In this document: in pieces, positions 62,307 to 64,000 of the stretch
Layout: every line of letters begins with the position of its first letter
Position numbering within the stretch: the first letter of the stretch is position 1
NCBI GenBank assembly: GCA_016840085.1
Contig: JAEOTA010000052.1
Location: forward strand, 1-64,000
Direction: 5' to 3'
From: Promethearchaeota archaeon
Lineage (GTDB): Archaea; Asgardarchaeota; Lokiarchaeia; Sigyniarchaeales; SOKP01
Length of the DNA stretch: 64,000 nucleotides
Program-made: the position numbers and the translations under genes
The notes under the pieces: generated by a model
What the model was told of the DNA's origin: nothing
The model's input: only the letters and a program-made list of their open reading frames with translations
Databases searched by the model: none

Positions 62307-63461
62307 TTACACCTCCAATTTCTTAAACATATAGATGATATAAGCTAATGTAACGTAAATCAAAGAACTTAAGTTAAGCCAAAATAGACTTACCAAATTT
62401 GGTGATAATCCTTTTAGAGTTATATCTGTTATCATTGGTATAGCATTAGATAATGGAAGTAAATTCATAAAAATTTGCATTCCTCCTTCAGTATCACCTA
62501 AAGGAAGAAGGCTTCCTGAAAAAAGCATTATTACTATGAACATAATTAAGTACATTTGATTTGCACTTTGTTCCGTAGGGCTTAAAGCCGAAATAAATAA
62601 TCCAATACAAATACCGCTAAAACCAATCATAATTAAAACTAAAAAGAATAAAAACAACGAACCTAAACTGTATAATCCAAAGAAAGCGGTCATTACAAAA
62701 ATTTCAGTTGATTGTAATAACATAATTACAGAATTCGCAATTAATTTGCTTAAAATTATTTCTCTTTTAGCAGTTGGAGTTATAAGCATCCGAGGAAGTG
62801 GTGCCTCAGAAACTATTGAGAGTGAAGTTAAATTCATGGTAGTTCCAAGAATTATAATGGGCAAAATTAATGGGATTGCATAATTTAGAATTGCTGACTC
62901 CCAAAAGGGTACATCAAATTCTAGATATGGTACCATAATCGTAAAATTAGCTATCATATCTGTTTGGGCTCTAAATAAAGCGATCGGCTCTTGAATAGCT
63001 ATTTCAATGGCTGATATTGCTTGGAAATCTGATCCATCAATATGATAAATTAGAACTGGATTTGTTTTATTTTCAACTGATTCTGAAAAATTTTCTGGTA
63101 AAATAATGATTATGTCAATATCACCATTCTTAAGAAAATTATAACAATTTTGATATGCATTATCAAATTCTTCTGAATCTGTTGCATTATAATACTTGTA
63201 AAGATCCCATGTTGAGGTTTCATTTTGCATTATCGAAATAAACATCTTATCATGCTTTGAAGAATTAGATGGAAAATCATCATATGTTGGCATATAATCT
63301 CTAGTTACAATAGCTCCGGTAAAGAATTTTGTGGGACCTCCTCCTGTAGTAAGACCAAAAACAAGAATTAAAATTACTGGGATTATAAATAATAAAATTA
63401 ATGTCCTTTTATCAGATTTAATTCTTCCAAATTCTTTTCTGATTAATCCGCCTAGATACAT
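62307..63461 (-). CDS. ABC-2 type permease
   Basis: KEF..DKRTLILLFIIP, RMLITP..EIILSK, FSGSLLP..LPLS. Confidence 0.92.
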   Translation of the reverse strand: MYLGGLIRKEFGRIKSDKRTLILLFIIPVILILVFGLTTGGGPTKFFTGAIVTRDYMPTYDDFPSNSSKHDKMFISIMQNETSTWDLYKYYNATDSEEFDNAYQNCYNFLKNGDIDIIIILPENFSESVENKTNPVLIYHIDGSDFQAISAIEIAIQEPIALFRAQTDMIANFTIMVPYLEFDVPFWESAILNYAIPLILPIIILGTTMNLTSLSIVSEAPLPRMLITPTAKREIILSKLIANSVIMLLQSTEIFVMTAFFGLYSLGSLFLFFLVLIMIGFSGICIGLFISALSPTEQSANQMYLIMFIVIMLFSGSLLPLGDTEGGMQIFMNLLPLSNAIPMITDITLKGLSPNLVSLFWLNLSSLIYVTLAYIIYMFKKLEV

Positions 63462-63702
63462 TATTTAAGGCTTAAAAGTAAAATTGTTGTAATCTTAAGA
63501 GTTAATAAGATGCTTTTATAATAAACATTTATTGTCAAAATTATCCAATTACCTTAATATTTTTTCTACAAAATATATTTTATTTAAAGAAGTTATTCTA
63601 TTCTAACTAAATAATCTAAATCTTTAAGTTATATTAATTATTTTTGTAATTATTATTTCTCATTCAATTGATTCTAAATAGAGGTTGACTACTACGTCAG
63701 AT

Positions 63703-64000
63703 ATGGAGATTTTTTTTAATCCTAAAACAGTAGCCATAATAGGAGCATCAGAAAAACCAAAATTTGGTATAGGAACAACGACCTACCTTCTAAATTCAAA
63801 TTTTAAAACATATCCGGTTAATATTAACAGCGATATTATTTTTGGTCATAAAGCTTATAAAACTGTTAAAGATATACCTGAGAGTATTGATTTAGCAATA
63901 ATAATCGTTAGCAATGAATTTGTGCTTCAAGCCATAAAAGATTGTGTTGAAAAAGAAGTAAAAGGAATAATTATAGAATCAGCAGGATTTGCGGAAACAG
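63703..64000 (+). CDS. Acyl-CoA synthetase (NDP-forming) alpha subunit, CoA-binding domain, partial
   Basis: FFNPKTVAIIGAS..YPVN..DIPESIDLAII..SAGFAET; runs off the window end. Confidence 0.88.
   Translation, partial: MEIFFNPKTVAIIGASEKPKFGIGTTTYLLNSNFKTYPVNINSDIIFGHKAYKTVKDIPESIDLAIIIVSNEFVLQAIKDCVEKEVKGIIIESAGFAET

Overview
Very AT-rich archaeal chromosomal window. The gene content points to Lokiarchaeia (Asgard archaea): Loki-type LRR family, Loki-CTERM-like tail, longin, JAB, adaptin-ear-like and UBC-like domains, and an archaeal histone. Core genes (gltX, tRNA-Pro(GGG) with a 30-nt variable-region insert, srp19, hypA, rps8e, proteasome beta, histone, Hef helicase) are mixed with metabolic and surface-protein genes. 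Top finding: the FAD-linked oxidoreductase gene (50056-51572, minus strand) is split by a 32-nt insert (51415-51446). The insert forms a canonical bulge-helix-bulge motif, and the predicted endonuclease cuts restore a 494-aa frame exactly. This is a candidate tRNA-endonuclease-spliced mRNA intron inside a structured, GC-enriched 5' coding region. Second: an ABC-2 operon (54200-63461) with an ATPase fused to an extracytoplasmic prenyltransferase-like toroid, a dead ATPase fused to UBC/RWD-like domains, and a longin-membrane protein. Third: a mosaic patch (16016-18763) bounded by diverged duplicates of the psmB and gltX 3' ends, containing nuclease fragments. All calls come from reading motifs by eye; no database searches were run.
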